This document shows positions 30,084-39,684 of a stretch of DNA of 64,000 nt, piece after piece. Location of the stretch: positions 160,001-224,000 of the forward strand of contig CAWEEQ010000004.1 of assembly GCA_963808235.1 (NCBI GenBank). The letters are read 5' to 3'. The notes under the pieces are model-generated. The model had not been told where the DNA came from and did not search any database. It worked only from the letters and a program-made list of their open reading frames with translations. Positions within the stretch are counted from its first letter, which is position 1. Every line of letters starts with the position of its first letter. The position numbers and the translations under genes are program-made. This DNA is from an uncultured delta proteobacterium. GTDB lineage: Bacteria; Desulfobacterota; Binatia; Binatales; Binataceae.

Positions 30084-30120
30084 CCGGCACCGATGCAACT
30101 CTTGGTTGCGAAACCGCAAC
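30084..30120. promoter_or_regulatory. Tandem putative upstream activator sites
   Basis: Perfect GTTGCG-AAAC-CGCAAC at 30105-30120 and a partial copy 21 bp away (reverse complement GTTGCATCGGTGCCGG). Confidence 0.6.
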
Positions 30121-30321
30121 AACACGAAGCTTATAGGCGGACGCCACGCTTAAGTCAAACAAGGTCAATCTAGTTATAGCGCACTATTGATTAAATAAAG
30201 TCAGGCTCCCCAAATGTGATACAGCAACCGCAGAGGCGGCCTGTCGGCCGAGCCCGTCGACAGATCCAATAAATTCGTAGTAGGGTCAGCAAACTGCGCC
30301 GCAGCCTTAATTAGACAGGGA

Positions 30322-31653
30322 TTGAGAGTGACCAGGTCGACGAAGATCACATTGCCCGGGCTCGCCGCGGCGCTCACCAGCCCGGCTGGTGTGGTGATGT
30401 TGTGGGCCGCTGCATTGGTGATTGTCGTGGGAATCTGCACCCGGATGCCCCAGAAAGTCACCCGGTGGGACTTCAGCATCTATTATATGTCGGCAGCCCT
30501 CCTGCACGACGGGCACAACCCATACACGACCGGGTTCGCGCAGATGGCAGAAAGGACGGGACTCGAGGCAGGCGCTATCAGCCATGCTACCGATCCGCCA
30601 ACATTTCTGCTCTGCATGGAACCGTTCGCCCTAATTTCAGAGCGGACGGGCTTTTACATCTGGGCCGGGCTCAACGCAATCTTCTTAGCCGCGGCGCTGA
30701 TGATGCTGCTCGGGAAGGCTTCGGGACTCGAAGCAAGGATCGGGTTGGCCCTGGCGGCGATTGCGATATCGTATCCGCCGGTGGGATGGCACTTCCTCGC
30801 CTCGCAAAGCAAAATCCCGGTTCTGCTGCTGTTGGTTTTGATGATGCGATCCATGGAGCGGGGATGGGACTGGCTGGCAGGGCTTTGCCTGGCGTTCGCG
30901 GGTCTGACTCGAGTCTTTCCGCTGCTGTTGGTCGTCTATCTGGTAATCCAGCGCCGCTGGCGTGTGCTCAACTGGACGTTGATCGGGTTAGCGGCGGGAG
31001 GCTTGATCACGGTCGGGCTGCTGGGAATCGGTGAATCGCTTTCCTTTCTCGTCCATGGTCAACGCGAACTCGTTCATCACTGGCTTGGCTATCCGGCCAA
31101 CATAGGTTTAACTGCCGTCGTCTCACGCCTGTTTTGGTCCATCGGTGGGAAAGAAGCCGGCGGCACCGTCGACTTGCTCCGACAGATTGCGATTGCTGCG
31201 GCGGACCTGGCGCTGCTCGCCACTACGATTTGGGCGACGCTCAGGCTCAAACCTGGGGAGGATCAGGATTGGCGCGGCTTCTCGATGTGGGTAGTGGCAT
31301 CGGTACTCCTCTCGCCCACTGCATGGACCTACTACATGGTTCTGTTCTTCATCCCGTTTGCGCAGCTCGCCGCGGCTGCCAACCGGGGCCGCGCGAGCCG
31401 GCGTGCGGAGATCGCTGCGATTCTGAGCTACCTGATATTGTTTGGCTTGCCGGAGGTGACATATTCTCATTTCGACAAAGTATGGATCGACCGGTACATG
31501 TTGGTGATGAACCAGGGAGCGTTCGTTTCCGCGATGCTCGCGTACCTGGCCGCGTTCTGGTTCACGACCGATAAACTGCCGGCCTTCGATAAGGCAACGG
31601 AGCAGACGCAAGATATTGTCGGCTTACAGAGAACCGTTGCGGAGATGAATTGA
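30322..31653 (+). CDS. GT87/DUF2029-like membrane glycosyltransferase (GT-C)
   Basis: WDFSIYY..A, GHNPY, DPPTF, LAFAGLTRVFP, LLSPTAWTYY motifs; polytopic; start uncertain. Confidence 0.82.
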   Translation: MRVTRSTKITLPGLAAALTSPAGVVMLWAAALVIVVGICTRMPQKVTRWDFSIYYMSAALLHDGHNPYTTGFAQMAERTGLEAGAISHATDPPTFLLCMEPFALISERTGFYIWAGLNAIFLAAALMMLLGKASGLEARIGLALAAIAISYPPVGWHFLASQSKIPVLLLLVLMMRSMERGWDWLAGLCLAFAGLTRVFPLLLVVYLVIQRRWRVLNWTLIGLAAGGLITVGLLGIGESLSFLVHGQRELVHHWLGYPANIGLTAVVSRLFWSIGGKEAGGTVDLLRQIAIAAADLALLATTIWATLRLKPGEDQDWRGFSMWVVASVLLSPTAWTYYMVLFFIPFAQLAAAANRGRASRRAEIAAILSYLILFGLPEVTYSHFDKVWIDRYMLVMNQGAFVSAMLAYLAAFWFTTDKLPAFDKATEQTQDIVGLQRTVAEMN

Positions 31654-31714
31654 GGCCAGCGCCCACATTCCCGACCACAAAATCAGAGCGCATTCGATCG
31701 CGGCGAAGTGCCAA

Positions 31715-32692
31715 GTGAACACTGATTCGGCTGCGCCGGTTCTGGAAGATCCAGAGGGGTCGGCGGAATCTCCGCGCAATCGGCCGCTCGCGAGCCCGCC
31801 CGCCGCAAGGAAATTTCTCAACGACCCCGACTACATACTGAGAGCGTGGGCAGCAATCCTGATCGTTGCCGCGATCGACTGGGTAGGGGCCGGACGCGCA
31901 GGCTTCGAGATTCGTGGAGTACTGCCGGCGGTGTGGGCGGTCACGATGCTCGCAGCGCTAGGCTTCTTAATCGACTACACGGGACGGGCGCGGCAGGTGT
32001 CGGAGGCTGCGCACTATTGCGCGCTGTGGTTTGCGTTCGCGGTCGCGGTCGATATCTATAGTTACGTAGTAGCTACTCTTGGAATGCCGATGTGCGATGT
32101 CCAGTTTGCGCGGATGGACGCGGCACTGGGATTCAACTGGGTCGCGGCGTTTCATTGGATCAAGTCGTCGAGTTGGATACTTCGATACCTACTTTCACAT
32201 GCGTACAATAGTATATTCATCCAGGTCTTCGCCTCGATTGGCTATTTTGCATTGATCAAGCGCAGCGACCGAAATCGGGAACTGCTGTGGATTGGAATAC
32301 TGTCGGCATTGATTGCCACCTCTCTGGCAGGGCTCTTTCCGGCGCTTGGTCCTTACACGAAAGGCGATATGCCGGCGTGGTCCGCGGTACTGCTGACGAT
32401 ACGCAACGGCAGTTTGACCAAGCTCGCACTGGCTGACCTGACCGGGATCGTGGCGTTTCCTTCATTCCACACAGTACTGGCTATTCTACTGACGTATGTT
32501 CATCGTCCACCGCTGCGCAGCTTTGTGCCGGTGGCAATTCTGAATGTACTAATGCTAGTGGCTATTCCATTTGCGGGGCATCATTACTTAGTCGACGAGA
32601 TAGCAGGCGCCGCCGTCGTAGCTATTTCGATCGCGATAGTGCAAGTGGCGATGCGGCCGCGAAGTCTTGCCACGACTCTCCGTCCGGCGTAG
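31715..32692 (+). CDS. PAP2-superfamily membrane protein (Aur1/Ipt1-like)
   Basis: DAALGFNW, PALGP, GIVAFPSFHT, GHHYLVD. Confidence 0.85.
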   Translation: MNTDSAAPVLEDPEGSAESPRNRPLASPPAARKFLNDPDYILRAWAAILIVAAIDWVGAGRAGFEIRGVLPAVWAVTMLAALGFLIDYTGRARQVSEAAHYCALWFAFAVAVDIYSYVVATLGMPMCDVQFARMDAALGFNWVAAFHWIKSSSWILRYLLSHAYNSIFIQVFASIGYFALIKRSDRNRELLWIGILSALIATSLAGLFPALGPYTKGDMPAWSAVLLTIRNGSLTKLALADLTGIVAFPSFHTVLAILLTYVHRPPLRSFVPVAILNVLMLVAIPFAGHHYLVDEIAGAAVVAISIAIVQVAMRPRSLATTLRPA

Positions 32693-32727
32693 CGCTCTGA
32701 TTTGACCAGCCCCGACTCGACGAAATT

Positions 32728-33609
32728 TTAGCCCGTCACCGCATCGCGTACGCTCGCTGTCCTTGCCGCGGTTTGCGCGGGCGCTTTCCTTCCCATCGCG
32801 GCTCTGACAATTGCGATACACATCGCGGCCACCACGGCGCCGGAGATCATGTCGACCAGGTAGTGATGCCCCGCAGAAGGGATCGCAATCAGCATCAGCC
32901 CATCGAGGATCGCGACCGGGACGAACGAACGCGACGGCGGGCGATGCACATAAATGAAAACAATAGCGAGCACCGTGTGGAACGATGGAAAGGTGATGAT
33001 TCCGTTGAGGCCGTTGACTGGAAAACGCAGCGCACTATGAGTCCGCAAGCTCATCATCACAACGATGTCGCTGGTCGGGTGCCCGTAAAAGTGCACGTAC
33101 GGGCCGACGGCCGGAAGCAAAGCTGAAAAAAACGCGGTGACAATCACCGACAGCATCGCGATCCATATCATCTCGGCGTTCCGCCCGGTTTGCTCGGTAT
33201 GCGCAAAGTAAAGAATCGATCCGACAATCTGGGGCAGGAAAGTGTCGTACACGAGAAAGAGCGGGACTTCGAGCACGCGATGCGCGCCGATAAATCTTGA
33301 CCACGCCAGCCAGTGGAAGCCCAGCATCGCGTCGAGCGCAAGGAATTGAGTATCGCGCAGCGGCATCCCAAGTGTCGCGCAGAGATAAGTGAGAATCGCG
33401 GCGGCGGCGGAAAATGCCATCCACAACGCAGTGTAGTTGCCGGCGTCGGACAACCTGCGATTGTATTTGGAATAGCGAAAACCGATCGCGAGCAGAAAGG
33501 TCAGGATGCAAACATCCAGGAACCAGCCGACGAACGCCACTCCCGCATGGACAGCCCAAATCCAGTCGAGGGCGCCGATTACCAGGGTCAGCACCCATGC
33601 CCATCGCAA
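32728..33609 (-). CDS. PAP2-superfamily membrane protein (paralog of the neighbour)
   Basis: DAMLGFHW, PAVGP, GIITFPSFHT, GHHYLVD. Confidence 0.85.
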   Translation of the reverse strand: MRWAWVLTLVIGALDWIWAVHAGVAFVGWFLDVCILTFLLAIGFRYSKYNRRLSDAGNYTALWMAFSAAAAILTYLCATLGMPLRDTQFLALDAMLGFHWLAWSRFIGAHRVLEVPLFLVYDTFLPQIVGSILYFAHTEQTGRNAEMIWIAMLSVIVTAFFSALLPAVGPYVHFYGHPTSDIVVMMSLRTHSALRFPVNGLNGIITFPSFHTVLAIVFIYVHRPPSRSFVPVAILDGLMLIAIPSAGHHYLVDMISGAVVAAMCIAIVRAAMGRKAPAQTAARTASVRDAVTG

Positions 33610-33692
33610 GTTAGCGCGATAGTCGCCCGTTTCGATCAGCCCCCTCCTCAGCCCTTGGCGATCACCTCAATAGCAGTCACGGCGGACAGCGT

Positions 33693-34070
33693 TCAACTTC
33701 GGGACTCGAACTGAATCTGATCGCCTACCTGCGTAGTTGCGCCATCGGCTGCGCCTGCCGGAAGCTCGAGCGCCTTGCGCGCTCCGAACACGACCGACGA
33801 CACCCGCCATGGCTTCAGGCTGCGATTGATCTTGATGACCTTGTCGCCGCGACCAAGGAACACGATGTCGATCGCAAAGCGCATGAAGAACATGTGCATC
33901 CACATCACGGGCATGAACCGCCCATTTTCGAACAGCATGCCACTGCCCGGCTCGAGACCGTCACGTCCGAGCAAGCCGCGACTCTGACCGCTGAGGCCGC
34001 CCGCGTCCTCGACCCGCTCGCATAACACGGTGCCTCGCGTCTGATTCAACGCCCGCATGAGGTTCGTCAT
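33693..34070 (-). CDS. DUF192 family protein
   Basis: RGLLGR, GMLF, HMFFMRFAIDIVFL, LKPWR, ALELPAG. Confidence 0.88.
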   Translation of the reverse strand: MTNLMRALNQTRGTVLCERVEDAGGLSGQSRGLLGRDGLEPGSGMLFENGRFMPVMWMHMFFMRFAIDIVFLGRGDKVIKINRSLKPWRVSSVVFGARKALELPAGAADGATTQVGDQIQFESRS

Positions 34071-34154
34071 AGTACTGCGGTGCTGTCCTTTTCCATCGCC
34101 TGGTCGCGGGGGCTGTCTCCCTACATCATCATGTAATAAAATCGCCTTGGTTTC

Positions 34155-34859
34155 ATGGGATACATTCCGATATTTCTCGACGTGACTGGCCGGCGCTGTG
34201 TGGTGGTCGGCGGCGGCGAGATTGCCGCGCGCAAGGTCGAGTCGCTCCTTGCGGCGGGCGCCGAGGTCGCTATCGTTAGCCCTGTTCTGTCGGCGCCATC
34301 ATTAATTGCAATCGTGGACCGGGGTTTGGCTACCCATATCGCCCGTGCGTATCACCGCGGCGATATTGCTGGATGCGCGCTCGCATACGCGGCGACCGAT
34401 GACGAGGACCTTCATCGCTCGCTCGCGGTCGAGGCGCGCGCGCTCGGTATCCCGCTCAACGTGGTCGATGTGCCGGAGTTGTGCAGCTTCATCGCGCCGG
34501 CGGTGGTCAAGCGGGGCGCGCTTCAAATCGCGATTTCGACCGGGGGTGCGTCGCCGGCCTTTGCGGCGCGGCTGCGGCGCGAACTCGAAAAACAATTCGG
34601 CATCGAATATGGAATCGCGCTCAAGGTGATGCGCGCGGCGCGCCGGCGATTGCATGGTGAAGAAATCGATCCAGTCGATCGCATGAGCCGCTTGAAGGAC
34701 CTCGCTGAGTCTCGGCTCCTCGAGGCGATTGCCGCTCACGACCCGGCCGAACTGGACAGGATACTCGTCGAGCACCTGGGCGAGGGCGTCGGCCTGGCGG
34801 CACTCGGACTCGATGCGGCCGCGCTCGGGATTGCGATTGCGCCCGAAGTTCGTCATTAG
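34155..34859 (+). CDS. sirC: Precorrin-2 dehydrogenase / sirohydrochlorin ferrochelatase
   Basis: PIFLD, VVGGGEIAARK, NVVDVPELCSF, IAISTGGASP. Confidence 0.9.
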   Translation: MGYIPIFLDVTGRRCVVVGGGEIAARKVESLLAAGAEVAIVSPVLSAPSLIAIVDRGLATHIARAYHRGDIAGCALAYAATDDEDLHRSLAVEARALGIPLNVVDVPELCSFIAPAVVKRGALQIAISTGGASPAFAARLRRELEKQFGIEYGIALKVMRAARRRLHGEEIDPVDRMSRLKDLAESRLLEAIAAHDPAELDRILVEHLGEGVGLAALGLDAAALGIAIAPEVRH

Positions 34860-34877
34860 ACCAGATTAGATCTTCCG

Positions 34878-35705
34878 ATGGACACTCTTTGGCTATTACC
34901 GGCGCTTGCTTGTTACGCGCTCTCGGCGGCGCTTTTTATATTCGATCGGATGCTCGGACGGACCCGCGCGACCGGTTACGCCGTTGCGATGCTGGGCGCG
35001 GGCGCCATCTTTCATGCCTTCGATTTGACTGCACGCGGTCTGCAAGCCGGAAATATCCCGGTCACCAACTTTGCGCAGGCGCTATCGTTCCTGGCGTGGC
35101 TGACCGCGCTTGCGGGACTCCTGATGATCGTGCGCCTGCAGATGGCGGTGATTGGCGCATTCGTGGCTCCTGCAGTCACCCTCGCACTCGGCAGTGCGTC
35201 GCTCACGATGACCAGCGGGCGGCTGAAGCTCCCCGCGACGCTGCAGAGCGTATGGCTGCCGATTCACGTCACGCTCGCGATCCTCGGCTACACCATGTTC
35301 GTGCTGGCGGCGAGTGTGAGTATCGTTTACCTGGCGTATGAATCGCGGCTCAAATCCAAACGAGCGCTCGCACCCGGAATCGAAGGCGCGCCGAGCCTCG
35401 AAAAACTCGACCGAATCAACTATCACCTGCTCGGATGGGGATTCATGATGCTGAGTCTCGCGATCGTGAGCGGTGCAATCTGGGCCGACGCGACGTGGGG
35501 GCATTTCTGGTCGTGGGAGCCCAAAGAATCGTGGTCGCTGGTGATCTGGATACTTTACGCGGGCCTGCTCGAATCGCGCCTGACCGTGGGATGGCGCGGG
35601 CGGCGCGCAGCCGCGTTGACGATCGTGCTGTTCAGCGTGTTGGTTGGCTCGTTCGTGGGCGTTAACCTGATTTTTCCGGGCAAGCACGGCGGCAGCTTCG
35701 GCTAG
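34878..35705 (+). CDS. ccsA: Cytochrome c biogenesis protein CcsA / HemX-like
   Basis: WLPIHV, GAIWADATWGHFWSWEPKE (WWD-like), GWRGRRAA. Confidence 0.88.
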   Translation: MDTLWLLPALACYALSAALFIFDRMLGRTRATGYAVAMLGAGAIFHAFDLTARGLQAGNIPVTNFAQALSFLAWLTALAGLLMIVRLQMAVIGAFVAPAVTLALGSASLTMTSGRLKLPATLQSVWLPIHVTLAILGYTMFVLAASVSIVYLAYESRLKSKRALAPGIEGAPSLEKLDRINYHLLGWGFMMLSLAIVSGAIWADATWGHFWSWEPKESWSLVIWILYAGLLESRLTVGWRGRRAAALTIVLFSVLVGSFVGVNLIFPGKHGGSFG

Positions 35706-35711
35706 GCGAAA

Positions 35712-37046
35712 ATGGATCAGACGCTTTTTATCATCGGCATAAACCATCGCACAGCCGCGGTCGCGGTTCGTGAACGGTTGGCGTACGCCGAAGATGAAAT
35801 CGTCGCTGCGATCGCGCGCCTTACCGCGGCGGCGCCGGCGGTCGCGGAGGCCGCGCTGATCTCGACCTGCAATCGGGTCGAAGTGATGGGAGTGGCTGCG
35901 GATCCGGCGCGAGCCGCCGAGGAGACGCTCAAGTTCCTGGCGGAGGATCGTAGCATCGAACAGACGGTCTTCAACGATGCGGTCTACAGTTTCGCCGGAC
36001 GCGAGGCGGCGCGTCACATGTTCCGCGTCGGCGCGAGTCTCGATTCGATGGTCGTCGGCGAGCCGCAAATCCTCGGACAACTGAAGCTCGCGTATGCGCA
36101 GGCGTCCGAGGCGCGCACGGTCGGCCTGGTGCTGCATCGTGCTTTCCACAAGGCCTTTACGGTTGCCAAGCGCGTTCGCAAGGGGACGCTTATCGGACAC
36201 GGCTCGGTGTCGGTCAGCAGCGCGGCGGTCAGCCTTGCGGGACAGATTTTCGACACCTTGAAAGACAAGACCGTGATGCTGATGGGTGCGGGCAAGATGG
36301 CGGAGTTGACCGCGCGGCAGCTGAGCGCGCTCGGAATCGAGTCGCTGCTGATAACCTCGCGAACTTTCGATCGCGCGGTCGCGCTCGCTCGCGAGCTTGG
36401 CGGAACCGCGGTGCCGTACGAGAACTACAAGCCGTATCTGAAAATGGTCGACGTGCTGATCGGATCGGTCTCGTCGACGCGGCCGGTGCTGGGGCCCGAC
36501 GATTTCGAAACGGTGGTTCGCGAGCGTCGCTACCGGCCGATGTTTCTGATCGACATGGGCGTGCCGCGCAATTTTGACGAGCGGCTGAACGCGATGCAGA
36601 ACGTTTATTTGTACGACATCGACGATCTCGGCGCGCTGGTGAATCGCTCGCTCGGCGATCGCGAACGCGAAGCCGAAAAGGCCGAGCAGATCGTCGAGCT
36701 CGAACTCGAATCGTTTCTGAAATGGCTCGACGGCCTCGACCTGACGCCGACCATCAAGGACATACGCTACAGTATCGAGCGGCTGCGCGACGTCGAGATG
36801 GGGCGGCATCGCGGATGGCTGGCGCAACTCGAGCCGGCCGAGCGCGAGCGGGTGGAGTTGCTGACTCGAGGGCTGACCAACAAATTGTTGCATCGCATTT
36901 TGTCCGGGCTTAAGCAGCGCGACGACCAAACGCTCGACGCGGCCTTTGCCGCCGAAGTCGCGCGCCGCTTGCTGGGCGCGGAGTCCGACGCGCAAGACGC
37001 GGAACTCGATGACGCCGATGGCGACGAAGAAGACGACGTTGAGTAG
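35712..37046 (+). CDS. hemA: Glutamyl-tRNA reductase
   Basis: GINHRTA, STCNRVE, SLDSMVVGEPQILGQ, GAGKMA, IDMGVPRN. Confidence 0.97.
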   Translation: MDQTLFIIGINHRTAAVAVRERLAYAEDEIVAAIARLTAAAPAVAEAALISTCNRVEVMGVAADPARAAEETLKFLAEDRSIEQTVFNDAVYSFAGREAARHMFRVGASLDSMVVGEPQILGQLKLAYAQASEARTVGLVLHRAFHKAFTVAKRVRKGTLIGHGSVSVSSAAVSLAGQIFDTLKDKTVMLMGAGKMAELTARQLSALGIESLLITSRTFDRAVALARELGGTAVPYENYKPYLKMVDVLIGSVSSTRPVLGPDDFETVVRERRYRPMFLIDMGVPRNFDERLNAMQNVYLYDIDDLGALVNRSLGDREREAEKAEQIVELELESFLKWLDGLDLTPTIKDIRYSIERLRDVEMGRHRGWLAQLEPAERERVELLTRGLTNKLLHRILSGLKQRDDQTLDAAFAAEVARRLLGAESDAQDAELDDADGDEEDDVE

Positions 37047-37087
37047 GCCCGCGGCGCGCGCAAACGCTGATGGCAATCTGAACGCGG

Positions 37088-39628
37088 ATGGCGCTCCTGC
37101 CAAAGCATAAAATCAAAATTGGTTCGCGACCGAGCAAGCTCGCGTTGGCTCAGGCGGCGATCGTGCGCGCCCGGCTGTCGGCGCAGATTCCGGGAGTCGA
37201 AATCGAAATTGTCGAGATTCGCACCAGCGGCGACAAGCTGACCACCCCGTCGCTCGCGCAAATCGGCGGCAAGGGACTCTTTATCAAAGAACTCGAACAG
37301 GCTCTCGCAGAGCGACAAATCGATATCGCGGTTCATTCGATGAAGGATCTTCCCGCCGTCCTCGCACCTCAATTCCGCGTGAGGTGCGTGGTGGAGCGCG
37401 AGAATACCGCCGACGTGCTGGTGACGCGCGACGGCGCCGCGCTCGCGGACCTGCCGGCGGGCACGAAGCTCGGGACCTCGTCGTCGCGTCGCCGCTTCCA
37501 GGCTCTTCGCGTGAATCGTGGACTCGAAATTGTACCGTTGCGCGGCAACGTCGATACGCGGCTCGGGCGCGTCGCCGACGGGAGCCTCGATGCGATCATA
37601 GTTGCGATGGCGGGATTGAAACGCCTCGGACGCATCGGCGATGTGAAGTTCGTCGAGCTTGATGCGCGCGATTTCATTCCCTCCGGTGCGCAGGGCGCTC
37701 TCGCGATCGAGACGCTCGCCGATCGAAGCGCCGGCGGGGCGAAGGAGATAGATGATGCGCTCGACGCGATCAACGATACGCGCGCATTTTACGAGACCGC
37801 GGCCGAGCGTGCGTTCCTGGCTGCAATCGACGCGTCGTGCACGACGCCGGTCGGAGTGCGGGCGACCGTCGATTCGACGACGCTCGCGATGCGCGCAATC
37901 CTGTTCAGCCCCGACGGCGCACGCGAACTCTCCGAATCGATCGAAGGTCCGCCCAATCTAAAACTTGGCACCTCGTCTGCGGAGAGCATCGGGAAAAAAC
38001 TCGCAGAAAAAATGCTCGCGCGCGGCGCGGCCGCGATGCTTCGACCCTTGATGAAGGCGCGGGGCAGGCGGGAGCATCGGGACGGAGATGAGCGCCAGGG
38101 CAAGGTTATCCTGGTCGGCGCTGGTCCTGGCGCACCAGACCTGATTGCGATTCGCGGCGCCGACGCTCTCAGCCGCGCCGACGTTGTGATCTACGACTAT
38201 CTGGTGAGCCCCGAATTGCTGCGCCTGGCGCCGCGGAACGCAGAGCTGATTTACGCGGGCAAGAAAGGCGGCTCGGACAAGGCGATCGAGCAATCGGAAT
38301 TGAACGCGATGCTGATCGCACACGCGCGCAAGGGGCGGCGCGTGATTCGGCTCAAGGGCGGCGACCCGTTTATTTTCGGCCGCGGCGGCGAGGAAGCGGA
38401 AGCGCTCGCCCGCGCGAAAGTGAAATTCGAAGTCGTGCCCGGAGTCACGTCGGCAATCGCGGGGCCGGCGTTCGCCGGAATTCCGCTGACGCATCGCGAG
38501 CACGGTTCATTCGTGGCGTTTGTCACCGGCCATGAAGACGAGCGCAAAGGCGGCCAGTCGGCAATCCCGTGGAAGCATCTTGCGGCGGCTGCGAAGGATC
38601 GCGGCACGATCGTAATCTTGATGGCGACGGCGCGGATGCGGGCGACGCTACAACGGTTAAGCGACGCGGGGCTGCCGCAAGAGACTCCGGCTGCGGCAGT
38701 AGAATGGGCGACCACCGCGGCGCAGCGAACAGTGCTCGCGACGTTGGGCACCCTTGCCGACGCATGCGAGCGCGACAGCGTCGGTGCGCCGGCGGTGCTC
38801 GTGGTCGGAGAGTGCGCGGGCCTGCGCGAGCATCTCAAATGGGCCGAGAAGATGCCGCTGTTCGGCCGAACGATAGTGGTTACCCGGGCGCGTGGTGCAA
38901 GTTCCGACTTCGCGACGGATCTGCGGCGGCTCGGCGCCGACGCAATCGAATTCCCGACGATCGAGATGGCGCCGCCGAAAAGTTTCGCGGCGCTCGACAA
39001 GGCGATCGCGCAGCTGGATTCGTTCGACTGGATAATTTTCACCAGCGCAAGCGGGGTCGAAAGTTTCCTCGAGCGGCTTAAGTCGCTCGGCCGCGATATT
39101 CGCAGCCTCGGCCGTGCTTCGATCGCCGCGATCGGGCCCGCAACCGCCTCGCGGCTACAAGACTATGCGCTCCGAGTCGCGGCGGTTCCGGACGAGTATC
39201 GCGCGGAGGCGATTATTTCCGCGATCGGCGCGAAGCGGATTAGCGGCAAGCGTTTTCTGATTCCGCGCGCCGAAGTCGCGCGTGAAATACTGCCTGAGAC
39301 GCTGCGTGCGAAAGGCGCCAAACAGGTCGAGGTCGCGCCCGCGTATCGAACCGTCAAGCCCCGGCGCGCGCATGTCGAGCGAATGCGCGAATTGATCGCG
39401 GCGGGCGCAATCGACCTGGTGACGTTCACCAGTTCGAGCACGGTTACGAACTTTTGCGACCTGCTCGGCGAATCGGCGAAGGGACTCAAGGCGGCGGCGA
39501 TCGGCCCGATAACTTCGGCGACTGCGGCCGAGCGCGGATTCGAGGTGGTCGTCAGGCCCGATGAATATACGATTCCCGCTCTGACCGAGGCGATTTGCGA
39601 GTTTTTCGCACGCCCGCCGAAATCGTGA
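37088..39628 (+). CDS. hemC: Hydroxymethylbilane synthase HemC in frame with CobA-HemD (CobA part begins near 38051)
   Basis: GSRPSKLALAQA, GGKGLFIKELE, VHSMKD, RGNVDTRL; then LVGAGPG, RLKGGDPFIFGRGGEE; then PLFGRTIVVTRA, WIIFTSASGV, FTSSSTV. Confidence 0.9.
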   Translation: MALLPKHKIKIGSRPSKLALAQAAIVRARLSAQIPGVEIEIVEIRTSGDKLTTPSLAQIGGKGLFIKELEQALAERQIDIAVHSMKDLPAVLAPQFRVRCVVERENTADVLVTRDGAALADLPAGTKLGTSSSRRRFQALRVNRGLEIVPLRGNVDTRLGRVADGSLDAIIVAMAGLKRLGRIGDVKFVELDARDFIPSGAQGALAIETLADRSAGGAKEIDDALDAINDTRAFYETAAERAFLAAIDASCTTPVGVRATVDSTTLAMRAILFSPDGARELSESIEGPPNLKLGTSSAESIGKKLAEKMLARGAAAMLRPLMKARGRREHRDGDERQGKVILVGAGPGAPDLIAIRGADALSRADVVIYDYLVSPELLRLAPRNAELIYAGKKGGSDKAIEQSELNAMLIAHARKGRRVIRLKGGDPFIFGRGGEEAEALARAKVKFEVVPGVTSAIAGPAFAGIPLTHREHGSFVAFVTGHEDERKGGQSAIPWKHLAAAAKDRGTIVILMATARMRATLQRLSDAGLPQETPAAAVEWATTAAQRTVLATLGTLADACERDSVGAPAVLVVGECAGLREHLKWAEKMPLFGRTIVVTRARGASSDFATDLRRLGADAIEFPTIEMAPPKSFAALDKAIAQLDSFDWIIFTSASGVESFLERLKSLGRDIRSLGRASIAAIGPATASRLQDYALRVAAVPDEYRAEAIISAIGAKRISGKRFLIPRAEVAREILPETLRAKGAKQVEVAPAYRTVKPRRAHVERMRELIAAGAIDLVTFTSSSTVTNFCDLLGESAKGLKAAAIGPITSATAAERGFEVVVRPDEYTIPALTEAICEFFARPPKS

Positions 39629-39684
39629 TGTCGCGGGGCTTCTCCGCCGCGTGCATAGCTATATAATCCACGACGAGAACTGCG

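Noticed and set aside
35082-37103. Long antisense ORFs (also 15766-18144, 19813-21216, 46067-47596, 6792-8018, 39163-40470)
   Set aside because: Shadow frames of well-supported genes, expected in high-GC DNA; no motifs of their own
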